DNA of 64,000 nt from Rhodospirillaceae bacterium (GCA_038146865.1 JAYQSL010000007.1:301203-365202), one strand, 5' to 3'; shown: positions 39,440-48,630, counted from the first letter of the stretch. The notes: generated by a model not told the origin, from the sequence alone. Numbers and translations: made by a program.

Positions 39440-40429
39440 CTAACAGCTGCAGGTTTCTAAGTGAAAAACCTTTTGCGCAACGTTCCCAAGAATATTTTTC
39501 TTGTCATTACTGGTTAGCTCCGCGTTCTCAATGATTTCTCGAGGTCTTAAATCTCCAAAGGCGAAGGGATAATCGGAGCCCATCATTATTTTTTCTGATC
39601 CATACATTTTGCATATAAATTCGAGTGCTTTGCCATCAAGCACAACACTGTCGAAATAGCAGGTTTTTAGACTATCTTCTGGATTGCCGTATTCTGGGTG
39701 CTGCCGGTGGTTTAGCTGCATTCGACCCTGTAAGAACGGAAGGCCGCCTCCACCATGCGAAATTACAAATTTTATCCCGGAATATTTTTGCACGTGGCCA
39801 GCAAAAATTAATCGAGACATAGCAGTGGTCGTATCTAAGCCACGACCGATTGTGTTTATCAGTCCGTAATCCGATAATCGTGGGTCTTTGCATCCAAACA
39901 TTGGATGCAGAAAAACTGTTGCCTGAAGTTCCGAAGCCGTCTCCCAGAAGATGTCTAGATCGGGATCGTCAAGATTGCCACCGTGTCCATTAGGAAGTGT
40001 CCCTATCATCGTACCGTGAAAACCCGCTTCTATTGCTTCGCGCAGAACGATCGCCGCTATCGCTCCATTCTGCAGTGGGACGGAGCAAAGGGGAGCAAAG
40101 CGATGGGAAGTTTCACAAGCTCTCATAAGATGTTCATTTATAAATCGAGCCCACCTTAGACCCTCGTCCTCAGGCAGCTCGTAACCAAAGCTGTCAAGCC
40201 AACCCGCACAAACCATTGCATCGATCCTTTGCTCATCCATCCAGGACAGTCTGGACTCGCTTTGGATAAGCTTTGGCAGGATCGGGCGAGTCAAAGGACC
40301 CCCTGCAAACCCCAGTTTCCAGATCCCCGCCTCATGCAGACAATCAATGTTCGGAAAATTTGCGGATTTTGATTGTAGTTCCTCGAGCATGGCCAGAGGA
40401 AGATAGTGAGCGTGAGTATCCACAATCAT
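39440..40429 (-). CDS. amidohydrolase-2 (ACMSD/LigW-type) metal-dependent decarboxylase/hydrolase
   Basis: 329 aa. N-terminal metal ligands IVDTHAHYLP, an internal His (FLHP) and a late SDYPF block. It is the last gene of the Mo-hydroxylase operon, 10 nt after the crotonase stop. Confidence 0.8.
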   Translation of the reverse strand: MIVDTHAHYLPLAMLEELQSKSANFPNIDCLHEAGIWKLGFAGGPLTRPILPKLIQSESRLSWMDEQRIDAMVCAGWLDSFGYELPEDEGLRWARFINEHLMRACETSHRFAPLCSVPLQNGAIAAIVLREAIEAGFHGTMIGTLPNGHGGNLDDPDLDIFWETASELQATVFLHPMFGCKDPRLSDYGLINTIGRGLDTTTAMSRLIFAGHVQKYSGIKFVISHGGGGLPFLQGRMQLNHRQHPEYGNPEDSLKTCYFDSVVLDGKALEFICKMYGSEKIMMGSDYPFAFGDLRPREIIENAELTSNDKKNILGNVAQKVFHLETCSC

Positions 40430-40439
40430 GGGATCAAGA

Positions 40440-41165
40440 TCATTTTTTCATTGCGGCTGCCGTATTAACCATTGAATGGATGGCTCTCGCGTAATCCAGC
40501 GCCCCTTGATCGTCCATTCGAGGCGCTGAAGTAAGATATTCTTTTAATCCCAAAATAGCGGGACGCTTTCGACTGAGCAAAATATCACAAAATTCCTTAA
40601 CCTCGGCCTCAAGATCTTTGTCTTCAGCAACTGTTGAAATAATGCCATAGGCCATAGCCTGTTCGGCAGAAATAAATTTTGCGGTATAAGTCATCCATAA
40701 AATAGCATTCCTGTTCATACGATCGTAGATCGCTGACATCACCATCGTCGGCATAACGTTGTGATCCATTTCCGGAATATTAAACTGTGCAGACTTTGCT
40801 GCTATCGTGACATCACAGACTGCGGCAACTGCTGTACCGAACCCCATGCAGCGACCTTCGATCACAGCAACGACTGGGATTTTGCAATTTTTTATCGCGT
40901 TGTAGCAGTAAAAAATTGAATCATATTCATCGCGTCGCGTATACGCTTCTGGGTGCGGAGGTCCTGCATCAGGATTTCTTGCTCGCCCAGTACAAAAGTC
41001 AGGCCCACAGCTTCTGAGCAGGACCATGTCAGATGTTTCATGCGCTGAAGCAAGTTTGGCCGAGAACTCTGCCGCCATTGAGTCAGAACACGCATTATCG
41101 TCAGGTCGGTTGAAGGTCGCTTCAAAAATGCGTCCATTTTGGTTAAGAAGAAGGTGATTACTCAT
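40440..41165 (-). CDS. enoyl-CoA hydratase/isomerase (crotonase) superfamily protein, divergent
   Basis: The ORF track starts at TTG 41177. GGAG 6 nt before ATG 41165 (MSNHLLLNQNG) is preferred. Crotonase blocks: FNRPDD, PVVAVIEGRCMGFGTAVAAVCD, FNIPEM. The usual F(C/S)AGxDL block reads FCTGRARNPD. Confidence 0.75.
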   Translation of the reverse strand: MSNHLLLNQNGRIFEATFNRPDDNACSDSMAAEFSAKLASAHETSDMVLLRSCGPDFCTGRARNPDAGPPHPEAYTRRDEYDSIFYCYNAIKNCKIPVVAVIEGRCMGFGTAVAAVCDVTIAAKSAQFNIPEMDHNVMPTMVMSAIYDRMNRNAILWMTYTAKFISAEQAMAYGIISTVAEDKDLEAEVKEFCDILLSRKRPAILGLKEYLTSAPRMDDQGALDYARAIHSMVNTAAAMKK

Positions 41166-41190
41166 AAAAATCTCCAATTCCGTTGTATTT

Positions 41191-43572
41191 CTAGCTGTTC
41201 AACAATTCTTCAAGGTCTCGGACGCGCATTGGTAGAGTCGCGATTGATTTGCCGAGTGGTGCCAGTGCATCATTTACTGCGCTGGCAATAGCTGCGGGCG
41301 CACCGAGATATCCAGACTCTCCGGAACCCTTCTGACCGAATTCTGTTAGTGGTGAAGGAGTGTAATGTTTGATCATCTCGACAGTGGGAATTTCATGGGC
41401 AGAGGGCAACAGGTAATCCATAAAAGTTCCTGCTTGGAGTTGCCCACTCTCGTCATATTGAAATTTTTCATAAAGCGCAGCTCCGATACCATGGGCAATC
41501 CCTCCGAATGTCATCCCCCTTACGATATCGGGGTTAATAACAGTCCCGCAATCGTGCCCAATATAATAGTCATGGATTTGAACTTGGCCTGTTCCTGGGT
41601 CAATGGTGACTAACGGTATATGTGCTTCAAAAGCGTAGCAGGGGTACATTTGAACTGTCCCATCTTCTTTGGGCATCGCACCTCCGGTAGGAACTTCCCA
41701 TGTATGTTGGGCTTGCAGTCCTGGCTCTGAGCCAATGGGCATGTTGTGATACTGCCTGTGCGCGATATCAACTAACTGTTCCCATTTAAGGCAACGCTCG
41801 GTGTCTCCCTTAACGTAAACATCTCCGCCTTCATAAATCAATCGATCCTCGGGCAACTGAAAATTATGTGCAGCGATAGCAATTACTTGGTTCTTTATTT
41901 TCTTTGCGGCTCCGGCTGCCGCACCGCCCAACATAATTGCCATTCGGCTCCCGACAGGGCTATTTGATGGCAGCGCTGTGACAGAGTCTGAATGAATGGC
42001 TCTTATACTATCTGGGTCCCGCTCTAACACCTCAGCAATGGAAACCGCGAGAAGTGTCTCATGTCCCTGACCCGATGAAGAGGTGCCCATCATTGCACAA
42101 ATTCCACCCAGCATGTCTACTTTGATTAAGCATGACTCCATCCAGGTCGTAGTATTGTTCTTTGGGTTGAATAAAGGTTCGAAAGAAGAATTTCCCCCCG
42201 ATGGCTCGAGGCATGTAGATAAACCTAGGCCGGCTAATTTGCCACTTTCCCTAAACGCGTTGCGTTTGTCGATTAGGGCATCCCAATCTGCAGTCTTCAT
42301 AAGCTTATCAAGAACAGTGTGGTAATCCCCACTGTCATATTCCGAACCCGAGGGAATTCGCCAAGGAAATTCGTCTGATCTGATCAGATTACGACGACGA
42401 ATTTCTTCGCGAGGGATATTTAAAGCCGAAGCGATCCGGTCAACAACTGTTTCAATAGCAAAATTGGTTGGTGCTTGGCCAAAACCACGGACTGCTTCCT
42501 GACTTGTTTTGTTTGTAGAGACCGATCTGGCATGGTACTGGGCGCTCTTGATTCGGTAAGGTCCCACAATAGCGCTAACGGGTTTGCCAAGTTGGAGGGG
42601 CGCGCGGCCTGGGTAGCAGCCACAATCATCCGTGGCAGTGATTTTTAGGGACTCCATTATGCCCTGTTCGTCGTAGGCAACCTCCATGTCAAAGATCCGG
42701 TCAGGACCATGCATTTCACCACCCGCCATGTTCTCCAGCCTGTCCTCAATAAATCTAACCGGGCGCTGTAGCTTTTTTGTCAGGTAAGAAACAATCACCG
42801 TTTGTCTGATGCCTCTTTTAAGGCCGTAGGAACCTCCAACATCAACATCAAAATGGACATTAACTGACGTGACCGGCATTCGAAGAGCACGCGCAATTTG
42901 CTCAGGGTATTTGGGCATCTGGATCGATGCCCAAACATCCAACATCTCTCTACCCTCATCCCAGCTCGCTGTAACAGCAAACGTTTCGATCGGGACGGTC
43001 GAGGAACGGCTCCATTTTGCGCGCAAGGCAAGGGTATGTGCAGCCTTTGCAAAGTCCCCTTCGACATCCCCCCATGTCCAGGTTTTATCGAAAAATATAT
43101 TATTTCCGTTTTCTGGGTGAACGACAGGAGCAGTATTCTGAAGCGCCTCCTCGGGATCAATTACGAAATCGAGCATTTCATAGTCGATCGCCACAAGCTC
43201 AGCTGCGTCTTCCGCGATATGGCGGGTATCGGCAACAACCGCTGCAACCCATTCCCCCGCATATCGAGCGCGGCCATTTGCTAAAGGCAACCGTTTTACG
43301 TCGGGGAGGTCGAGGCCTGATAAAAGAGGATTAATATTGCTAGCTAGTTCTTCGCCAGTGAGAACGTAATGTACCCCTGGAAGTTCTAAAGCTAGAGAGC
43401 AATCAATAGAGTTAATTTTTGCACAAGTGAAAGGGGACGAAACCATAGCGACATGGAGCATGCCAGGGAATTTAAAGTCTGCCGCAAAACGACCTTTTCC
43501 CGTTACGAAACGTCGATCCTCTTTTACCCTTCGTTTTTTTGTTAGATATTTAAATTGCTGAGGAGTACTCAT
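41191..43572 (-). CDS. xanthine-dehydrogenase-family molybdopterin-binding large subunit
   Basis: 793 aa. Active-site loop QEAVRGFGQAPTNF and C-terminal catalytic Glu block QKGSGESGYLGAP. Neither the AYRCSFR nor the AYRGAGR CoxL signature is present. Confidence 0.9.
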   Translation of the reverse strand: MSTPQQFKYLTKKRRVKEDRRFVTGKGRFAADFKFPGMLHVAMVSSPFTCAKINSIDCSLALELPGVHYVLTGEELASNINPLLSGLDLPDVKRLPLANGRARYAGEWVAAVVADTRHIAEDAAELVAIDYEMLDFVIDPEEALQNTAPVVHPENGNNIFFDKTWTWGDVEGDFAKAAHTLALRAKWSRSSTVPIETFAVTASWDEGREMLDVWASIQMPKYPEQIARALRMPVTSVNVHFDVDVGGSYGLKRGIRQTVIVSYLTKKLQRPVRFIEDRLENMAGGEMHGPDRIFDMEVAYDEQGIMESLKITATDDCGCYPGRAPLQLGKPVSAIVGPYRIKSAQYHARSVSTNKTSQEAVRGFGQAPTNFAIETVVDRIASALNIPREEIRRRNLIRSDEFPWRIPSGSEYDSGDYHTVLDKLMKTADWDALIDKRNAFRESGKLAGLGLSTCLEPSGGNSSFEPLFNPKNNTTTWMESCLIKVDMLGGICAMMGTSSSGQGHETLLAVSIAEVLERDPDSIRAIHSDSVTALPSNSPVGSRMAIMLGGAAAGAAKKIKNQVIAIAAHNFQLPEDRLIYEGGDVYVKGDTERCLKWEQLVDIAHRQYHNMPIGSEPGLQAQHTWEVPTGGAMPKEDGTVQMYPCYAFEAHIPLVTIDPGTGQVQIHDYYIGHDCGTVINPDIVRGMTFGGIAHGIGAALYEKFQYDESGQLQAGTFMDYLLPSAHEIPTVEMIKHYTPSPLTEFGQKGSGESGYLGAPAAIASAVNDALAPLGKSIATLPMRVRDLEELLNS

Positions 43573-44054
43573 AGATTACTCCCTCGAGCCCTTTGAGCTG
43601 CTATTTTTACCGCCTCGACAATTTGTTGATAGCCGGTGCAACGACAGAGATTGCCGCCAATAGCTTCCCGAATTTCTTCCTCTGTGGGGTCCGGATTTTC
43701 CTCTAAAAGATGATGACATGCTATGAGCATACCTGGGGTACAATAGCCGCATTGCATGGCGTGATTTTCCCAAAATGCATCTTGGATAGGGGACAGCGAA
43801 CCGTCTTTACCCCCGAGCCCCTCTACCGTAACGAAATCGTGCCCATCCGCCATAACGGCATATATTAGGCAAGATCTTACCGGACGCCCATCCATGATAA
43901 CTGAGCATGCGCCGCAAACCCCATGCTCGCAGCCTACATGGGTGCCAGTGAGGTCAAGTTCATCACGCAGAAAGTCTACCAGTGTTAAACGCGCCTCGAC
44001 TTCTCTTTTATAGGATGTCCCATTCACAGTGATCTGTATCGTGTTTTTGCTCAT
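43569..44054 (-). CDS. (2Fe-2S)-binding small subunit of the molybdenum hydroxylase
   Basis: 161 aa. CEHGVCGAC...C (plant-type cluster) and QCGYCTPG...CRCTGY (second cluster). 4-nt overlaps on both sides. Confidence 0.9.
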   Translation of the reverse strand: MSKNTIQITVNGTSYKREVEARLTLVDFLRDELDLTGTHVGCEHGVCGACSVIMDGRPVRSCLIYAVMADGHDFVTVEGLGGKDGSLSPIQDAFWENHAMQCGYCTPGMLIACHHLLEENPDPTEEEIREAIGGNLCRCTGYQQIVEAVKIAAQRARGSNL

Positions 44055-44932
44055 GCAAATTCACCTTGTGCTCGGTCACGGGCATCTCGAATTGCCCGCG
44101 CCGCTAAAATAGTGCTCACACGGCGCCTATATTCGGCACTCGCATGCACATCTGATTGTGGTTCTAATAAAGCTGGGATCAAAGAGATCGCAGTGTCGAT
44201 TTCGCCGTCATCAACAACCTTCCCAGTGAGTGCTGTTTCGACCTCATTAAGACGCAGAGGACACGGGGTGGCACCTCCTACCGCTAAGTGGACGCGCTCA
44301 CACCTACCGCTACTATCAATGGCAATTTGGGCGGCTGCCGCGGCCAGGGCGTAATCACTGTCTCTGATGCTCGTTTCATGAAAACCAAAACCGATATGCT
44401 CATCCTCCCAAATTGGGAACTCGACTTCCGTAAGGCACTCCCCGACTTTTAAACTAGTCACCATGGCTGAGTCGAAGAACTGGCTCGCGGGAATGGACCG
44501 CGTTCCGTTTGTGCTTTTTGCAGTCATTTTGGCATCAAGCAGCTGCGCAATTAGACAGATCTCGGCGGAGGGATCAGCTGCAACTAAACTGCCGCCAATG
44601 GTGCCCCGATTGCGGGTTTGGGTATGACCAACGTGTCCAAGGGCTTCTGACAAGATCGGTAAATTTTCACGGATCTCAATCGAGCCTAGGACATCTGCCT
44701 GCCTTGTTCCGGCTTTTACCCGTGCCACTTTTTCTGCAATTTCTATTCCTCGGAGCTCTTCGATGTCATTGATATCGACTAATGTCTGAGGTCGAGCCAT
44801 GCGCATAGCCATAAGAGGGATTAACGTTTGGCCCCCAGCAATAATCTGTGCCTCACCATCTCCCTGATTAAGAGCTAAACAAACCTCATCAATAGACTTG
44901 GCTCGGATATAATCAAACGAAGCTGCTTTCAT
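44051..44932 (-). CDS. FAD-binding medium subunit of the molybdenum hydroxylase
   Basis: 293 aa. IAGGQTLIP FAD motif and the CO-dehydrogenase-flavoprotein C-terminal domain pattern. It is the first gene of the operon. Confidence 0.9.
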   Translation of the reverse strand: MKAASFDYIRAKSIDEVCLALNQGDGEAQIIAGGQTLIPLMAMRMARPQTLVDINDIEELRGIEIAEKVARVKAGTRQADVLGSIEIRENLPILSEALGHVGHTQTRNRGTIGGSLVAADPSAEICLIAQLLDAKMTAKSTNGTRSIPASQFFDSAMVTSLKVGECLTEVEFPIWEDEHIGFGFHETSIRDSDYALAAAAAQIAIDSSGRCERVHLAVGGATPCPLRLNEVETALTGKVVDDGEIDTAISLIPALLEPQSDVHASAEYRRRVSTILAARAIRDARDRAQGEFA

Positions 44933-45043
44933 TACCTTCTTTGCGAGTGGATTAGGATTAACATGGTATTACACGTCCGGACCCTATGAAGGGGGGTGGG
45001 GGTTGTCAATACAGACCTCTGTGACATAACTCCACACCGATAA

Positions 45044-46720
45044 ATGCAACATGAGATAAATATGATGAGTGAATCCAAACGTGCTTATCCTGACCTTCAC
45101 GAGCACATTGAAGCCCTGGAAAAGGCCGGTCTATTGGTAACTGTGGATGACCCAGTGGATAAGGACTCAGAGATGCATACTCTCGTGAGATGGCAATTTG
45201 TTGGGGGCTTGAAGGAGTCTGAGCGCAAAGCATTTTTATTCCGAAATATACAAAATGCGAAGGGAAGGTCTTACGAACTCCCGATTGTCGTGGGGGCCCT
45301 TGCCGCTAATCAAGATATATACAGCGTTGGCATGGGTGTGCCGGTGGAGGAGATAGGCAGGAAATGGGAGCAAGCAATTGCTAATCCGATACCGCCATCC
45401 GAAGTCTCGGAGGCGCCTTGTCACGAGGTAATCATCGAAGGGGAAGATTTAATTGGCGAAGGAAACGGGTTGGACTCCTTGCCGATCCCTGTTTCAACCC
45501 CAGGTTTTGACAACGCTCCAACTCTGACCTCAACAAACGTCGTGACCAAGGATCCCGAGACTGGTATTCAAAATATGGGCACTTATCGCGCAGGTTTGAA
45601 AGCTGCCGATCGTCTTGTAGTCCGAATGGCAACAAGAGTGGGAGGTGCTGGTGGTTACCAGCACTACAAAAAACATCGGGAGAGGGGTGATAAGGAAATG
45701 CCTGTCGCGATTGTACTGGGGTGTCCCCCGTGTGTTGCTTTTATGGGGCCTCAGAAATTACCACTTGATATGGACGAAATGGCGATCGCCGGTGGTTTGG
45801 CCGGTGCCTCCGTTAATATTGTGAAGGCCAGAACCGTCGATTTGATGGTTCCAGCCGAGGCAGAACTTGTTATCGAAGGCCTGGTTGACACTGAGATGGT
45901 GGAGCCAGAGGGCCCATTTGGTGAGAGCCATGGCCACGTAGCTCTTGAGGAGTTCAATATGCCAATGCGCATAACGGCGATCACTAGGCGTAAAAATGCG
46001 ATTTTGACGTCTTACATCAGTCAAGCGGCTCCCTCAGAGTCGAGCGTGATAAAAAGAGTGGCATATGAACCTCTATTTCTCACGCATCTCAGAGATGCAC
46101 TGGGGGTCAAAGGCGTCAAAAAAGTCTCTCTCCACGAGCCTCTTACCGGACTTTTGCGCGTAACGATTATAACCGTTGAACGAGATACCCCTAAAACTGA
46201 AATTTGGCGTGCCCTCTATGGAGCCGCTTTTTTTAAGGGTGACTGCAGTAAAATTTGCATTGCAGTAAATGAGGATATTGATCCAGATAATGCGGACGCC
46301 ATGCTTTGGGCGATGGCCTATCGCATGAATCCTACTGAGGATGTGCAAACGTTGGCACATCGGGGCCAGGGTCATGGGCCCAAGCGCGAGCATGCGGGAG
46401 AGGAAGATTCCACACTCCTAATGGATGCGACGATGAAAAGCCCAATGCCGCCGGTAGCTTTGCCTACACAAGAATATATGGAAAAGGGTCTGGCTCTCTG
46501 GAATAAATTGGGCCTCCCGACTGTTAAGCCGATGCCGCCATGGTTTGGCTATTCATTGGGTGATTGGAATGATGTTTGGCATCAAGGGGCAAAACGTGCG
46601 GCGGAGGGAGATTACTTGGAAAATGGTCAAAGGACTTTGCAGCGCCAACAAAAAGGGCTTGTGCCCGAAACCTCGGTGCGTGACACCGAAGACGGATGGT
46701 CTGATTTAGATCATTGGTAG
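45044..46720 (+). CDS. UbiD-family (prenyl-FMN dependent) decarboxylase
   Basis: 558 aa. YPDLHEHIEALEKAGLL aligns with the UbiD N-terminus, with NMGTYR and EPEGPFGESHGH blocks. The start may be ATG 45062 or 45065 rather than 45044, since none has a clear Shine-Dalgarno sequence. Confidence 0.9.
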   Translation: MQHEINMMSESKRAYPDLHEHIEALEKAGLLVTVDDPVDKDSEMHTLVRWQFVGGLKESERKAFLFRNIQNAKGRSYELPIVVGALAANQDIYSVGMGVPVEEIGRKWEQAIANPIPPSEVSEAPCHEVIIEGEDLIGEGNGLDSLPIPVSTPGFDNAPTLTSTNVVTKDPETGIQNMGTYRAGLKAADRLVVRMATRVGGAGGYQHYKKHRERGDKEMPVAIVLGCPPCVAFMGPQKLPLDMDEMAIAGGLAGASVNIVKARTVDLMVPAEAELVIEGLVDTEMVEPEGPFGESHGHVALEEFNMPMRITAITRRKNAILTSYISQAAPSESSVIKRVAYEPLFLTHLRDALGVKGVKKVSLHEPLTGLLRVTIITVERDTPKTEIWRALYGAAFFKGDCSKICIAVNEDIDPDNADAMLWAMAYRMNPTEDVQTLAHRGQGHGPKREHAGEEDSTLLMDATMKSPMPPVALPTQEYMEKGLALWNKLGLPTVKPMPPWFGYSLGDWNDVWHQGAKRAAEGDYLENGQRTLQRQQKGLVPETSVRDTEDGWSDLDHW

Positions 46721-46904
46721 TTTTTGATTTAAAAATTTACTTGAAGGATTGAATGCTCTCGGGCAGTATCCGCGGACTTTTATTCGGGGTGGGGCAAAAC
46801 TTCTAAGCATATGGAGTATTTGACTCAGATCGTGATACTGCTAACGTGCGCGACGAGCCGATTACAAAGGTGGAAGTTTAGTTTTAGGGAATAGGGAGAA
46901 CATC

Positions 46905-47942
46905 ATGAAAGTTTATAAGGCAACCCTTGGTTTGGTTGCGGCTGCGGCCACACTCGGTGTGACTCAGGGCGCACTCCAAGCAAAGGATTTAACAATGGTT
47001 ACGGCGCTCCAAAGGACCAATGTTTTGGCCCGAAGCGCGATCGAAGTTTTTATTCCGGCAATGAACAAAGCAGGAAAAGGTCAACTTAAAATTAATTATG
47101 TTGGCGGCCAGGAAGTTGTGCCACCAAGAAAAGCGGCAGCAGCTCTAAAGCGTGGACAGTTCAATATTCTTTCTGCACCAACCGCCTACTACATCGGAAC
47201 GGTTCCCGAAGGCTATGCATTGTTGGCTGCAAACCAAGGGCCGAAGATTCTTAGGAAAAATGGTGCTTGGGAACTTCTCCAAAAGATTTACATGGAAAAA
47301 GCAGGAGCCCACTTGCTTGCTTGGGGAGAAAATATGACCTCCTATTACATGTATCTGACCAAGCAGCCCCCATTGGACGCAAATGGAGTTCCAAATCTGA
47401 AGGGCTTCAAGATGCGTGCGACTGGTACCTACAGGCCTCTGTTCAGAGCGCTTGGTGCGACAACCGTCAATATTAAGTCATCGGAAATTTTCACAGCGGT
47501 CCAGAGAGGAACTGTCGATGGTTTCGGCTTCACAGACGTCTCGGCAGTGGCGCTGGGCTTCCACAACATTGTGAAGTATCGGGTATTCCCAAACTTCTAT
47601 CAGACAAACCAGGTTATTACTGTTAACCCGGCAGTCTGGAATAGCCTGACACAAAAACAGAAAGATATAATGAACAAAGTTGCGATCGAGTATGAAACAA
47701 CCTCGGTCAAGTTCATCGAAAAAGAGCGCTTGGCGGAAGAAAAGATAATCGCCAAATCTCCAATGAAGACAATAAAGCTTGGTAAAGGAGCAGCAAAATA
47801 TCTCTCCATTGCTCATGGCGAAATCTGGAAGGAACTCAAAAAACGTTCCAAGTATTCCGATCAGCTTGCTAAGCTTATGTACATTGAAGGTAAAGCCAAT
47901 CGTCAGGTTGATACAGGCCGAACTTTGGACGAAAAGCGATAA
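46905..47942 (+). CDS. TRAP transporter substrate-binding protein (DctP family), system 1
   Basis: 345 aa. Signal peptide MKVYKATLGLVAAAATLGVTQGALQA. FKMRATGTYRP and FTAVQRGTVDG blocks. Followed by the Q and M subunits. Confidence 0.8.
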   Translation: MKVYKATLGLVAAAATLGVTQGALQAKDLTMVTALQRTNVLARSAIEVFIPAMNKAGKGQLKINYVGGQEVVPPRKAAAALKRGQFNILSAPTAYYIGTVPEGYALLAANQGPKILRKNGAWELLQKIYMEKAGAHLLAWGENMTSYYMYLTKQPPLDANGVPNLKGFKMRATGTYRPLFRALGATTVNIKSSEIFTAVQRGTVDGFGFTDVSAVALGFHNIVKYRVFPNFYQTNQVITVNPAVWNSLTQKQKDIMNKVAIEYETTSVKFIEKERLAEEKIIAKSPMKTIKLGKGAAKYLSIAHGEIWKELKKRSKYSDQLAKLMYIEGKANRQVDTGRTLDEKR

Positions 47943-47963
47943 ACAAAACACCTGTTTTGGAAG

Positions 47964-47997
47964 AACGGCGCCGATAACCTCGGCGCCGTTTTTTTTA
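47964..47997 (+). terminator. intrinsic terminator/attenuator after the TRAP-1 binding-protein gene
   Basis: AACGGCGCCGA (47964-47974) pairs perfectly with TCGGCGCCGTT (47980-47990) around loop TAACC. A T-run continues to 47997. Confidence 0.65.
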
Positions 47998-48029
47998 CAT
48001 CTTTTTCTTCCAAATGTGGATTTGATTGT

Positions 48030-48058
48030 TTGACAATAAATTCAACACTAGCCAGTAT
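48030..48058 (+). promoter_or_regulatory. possible sigma-70-type promoter for the TRAP-1 membrane subunits
   Basis: TTGACA (48030-48035), a 17-nt spacer, then CAGTAT (48053-48058), located between the terminator and dctQ-like gene. This is pattern match only. Confidence 0.25.
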
Positions 48059-48114
48059 GCGCCCAAACAACCCTCATCTGGGTCCAATAAAAAGCGGGGA
48101 GGAGATCTAGCAGT

Positions 48115-48630
48115 ATGAAATCATTCGACTCGGCACTAGGGAAACTTTCAACATGGATGATGTGGGTGTCGGCTGCGATCATCCCCTGCATGTTCACCGG
48201 AATTACGGTGGATGTGTCAATCAGGCTATCTGGAAATAATCCGCCCCTATTTACCTCAACGCTAGTTGAATATGCCCTTTTGTATATGACAATGTTGGCC
48301 GCACCTTGGTTAGTTAGGGAGCGAGGTCATGTGGTTATTGAGGCTCTGGTAACAGCTCTGCCTGCTTCTGTGAGACAACCTCTTGCCAAATGCGTTTACC
48401 TCTTGTGTGCTTGTATGGCCTTTCTTTCCGCCTATCTTTGTTGGGGTATTTTTGTTGATTACTGGGTTGGCGGTGAGCTTGATGTGAGGGGTGTCGACAT
48501 GCCCTATTGGTCACAATTTTTGCCGTTGCCGGTATGTTTCGCATTGGTGGGCTTGGAGTTCTGCATGTATCTTGCGGGTTTGCGATCCTACTACTCTTAT
48601 GACTTGGGCGAAGTAAAGGACGGGGTCTAA
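48115..48630 (+). CDS. TRAP transporter small permease (DctQ family), system 1
   Basis: 171 aa with 4 TM helices. GGAGGAG Shine-Dalgarno sequence upstream. A 2-nt gap separates it from the large permease gene. Confidence 0.8.
   Translation: MKSFDSALGKLSTWMMWVSAAIIPCMFTGITVDVSIRLSGNNPPLFTSTLVEYALLYMTMLAAPWLVRERGHVVIEALVTALPASVRQPLAKCVYLLCACMAFLSAYLCWGIFVDYWVGGELDVRGVDMPYWSQFLPLPVCFALVGLEFCMYLAGLRSYYSYDLGEVKDGV

Noticed and set aside
42795-43334. Cluster of 80-128-aa ORFs on both strands inside the Mo-hydroxylase large-subunit gene. Similar shadow ORFs lie inside the UbiD, DctP-1, DctM-2, TIGR02302-like and 689-aa genes.
   Set aside because: All lie within long ORFs that have clear family signatures. 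They have low-complexity Arg/Ser/Pro-rich translations typical of off-frame and antisense reading.
41191-44932. Calling the three-subunit enzyme aerobic CO dehydrogenase (coxMSL).
   Set aside because: The large-subunit active-site loop reads AVRGFGQAP, not AYRCSFR (form I) or AYRGAGR (form II). No coxDEFG accessory genes are present. The operon continues into a crotonase and an amidohydrolase, which points to organic-substrate hydroxylation.
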